A stretch of 64,000 nucleotides of DNA, taken from Squalus acanthias. Taxonomy: Eukaryota. The notes under the pieces were generated by a model, which searched no databases, had not been told where the DNA came from, and was given only the letters and a program-made list of their open reading frames with translations. Location of the stretch: contig CM059432.1 of assembly GCA_030390025.1 (NCBI GenBank), positions 54,128,001 to 54,192,000 of the forward strand, written 5' to 3'. Made by a program: the position numbers and the translations under genes. Positions 62,933-64,000 of this stretch are shown piece after piece (position 1 is the first letter of the stretch; each line of letters starts with the position of its first letter).

Positions 62933-63670
62933 TTTACATCGAGTCTACAGCACAGAAACAGGTCATTTGACCCAACTGGTTTATGCTGGTATTTATGCTC
63001 CACACGAGCCTCCTCCCACCCCTCTTCATCTAACCCCATCAGCATATCCTTCTAGTCTTTTCTCCTTCATGTGCTTATCTAGCTTTCCCTTAAATGCATC
63101 TATGTTATTTGCCTCAACTACGTCTTGTGGTAGCGCATTCCACATTCTTACCACTCTTTGGGCAAATAACTTTGTGCTGAATTCTCTATTGGATTTATTA
63201 GTGACTATCTTATATTTTTGATCTCTATATTTGGACTCCTCCACAAGTGGAAACATTTTCTCTGTGTCTACCCTATCAAACCCTTTCATTATCTTAAAGA
63301 CCTCTATCAAATCACCCCTCAGCCTTCTCTTTTCTAAAGAAAAGAGCCTCAGCCTAATCAACCTTTCCTGATAAGTATATCCTCTCAGTCTGTTATCATT
63401 CTTGTGAACTTTTTCTGCACCTTCTCAAATGTCTCTATATCTTTTTAATAATATGGAGACCAGAATTATGCACAGTACTCCAAGTGTGGTCTAACCAAGG
63501 TTCAATACAAGTTTAACATAACTTCTCTACTTTTCAATTCTATCCCTCTAGAAATTAATCCCAGTGCTTTGTTTGCTTTTTTATGGCCTTATTAACCTGT
63601 GTTGCTACTATTAATGATTTGTATATTTGTACTCCTAGATCCCTTTGCTCCTCAACCCCATTCAGACTCT
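62933..63670 (-). mobile_element. CR1 3' fragment (same subfamily as 43923-46482)
   Basis: ORF 63026-63361 RRLRGDLIEVFKIMKGFDRVD. Confidence 0.93.
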
Positions 63671-63846
63671 GAGGGTGGAATTTTAACCTCCAAAAATGGG
63701 TTGGTTGGGGTTGGGTGAGATGTAAAAATTTTTAACATCTCAAACCCGACCCCAACACACCCACTTCCGGGTTTAACGGAGGCAGGACAATGGACAAGCA
63801 GTCAACCCACTCCCAGGATGTAGGTTGGCTATTTAAATATTATATT
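63671..63846. mobile_element. Left end of a Harbinger-like element
   Basis: GAGGGTGGAATTTTAACC terminus, then interrupted by a CR1 tail. Confidence 0.5.
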
Positions 63847-64000
63847 GAACATAAGAACATAAGAAATAGGAGCAGGAGTAGGCCATTCGGCCCTTCGAGT
63901 CTGCTCCACCATTCAATGAGATCATGGCTGATCTTCTGCCTCAACTCCATTCACCGGCCCTATCGCCATATCCCTTGATGCCTTTACTAGTCAGAAATCT
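63847..64000 (-). mobile_element. CR1 3' tail; runs off the window
   Basis: (AACATAAG)n then AGGAGCAGGAGTAGGCCATTCGGCC. Confidence 0.92.

Overview
Eukaryotic, repeat-saturated window. The repeat repertoire (CR1 LINEs with GGCCGAATGGCC hairpin and 8-bp tails, Deu-domain SINEs, Penelope-type termini, dense Harbinger elements) points to a cartilaginous fish, probably a shark; this is inference. No intact host protein-coding exon can be supported, so the window looks intronic or intergenic with a few possible conserved non-coding islands. It holds about 13 CR1 fragments, some nearly full ORF2 and one with the ORF1 esterase tail, and five copies or fragments of a second CR1-superclade LINE (here LINE-B). 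It also holds an L2 3' end, Deu-SINEs, three solo LTRs with clean 4-bp TSDs, three hAT-type MITEs (one carrying a 30-bp minisatellite), and over 25 PIF/Harbinger-derived elements including transposase and spliced Myb-gene remnants. Nesting is deep. The most interesting signal is LINE-B: a short LINE with no visible ORF1, a tRNA(Ser)-like 5' head with A/B boxes, and a sense strand almost free of TTTT Pol III terminators. That makes it a candidate autonomous LINE transcribed by RNA polymerase III. Other notable signals are hammerhead-ribozyme cores in Penelope-type termini and an inverted copy of a chimeric LINE-LINE junction. Coordinates of old, degenerate elements are approximate.
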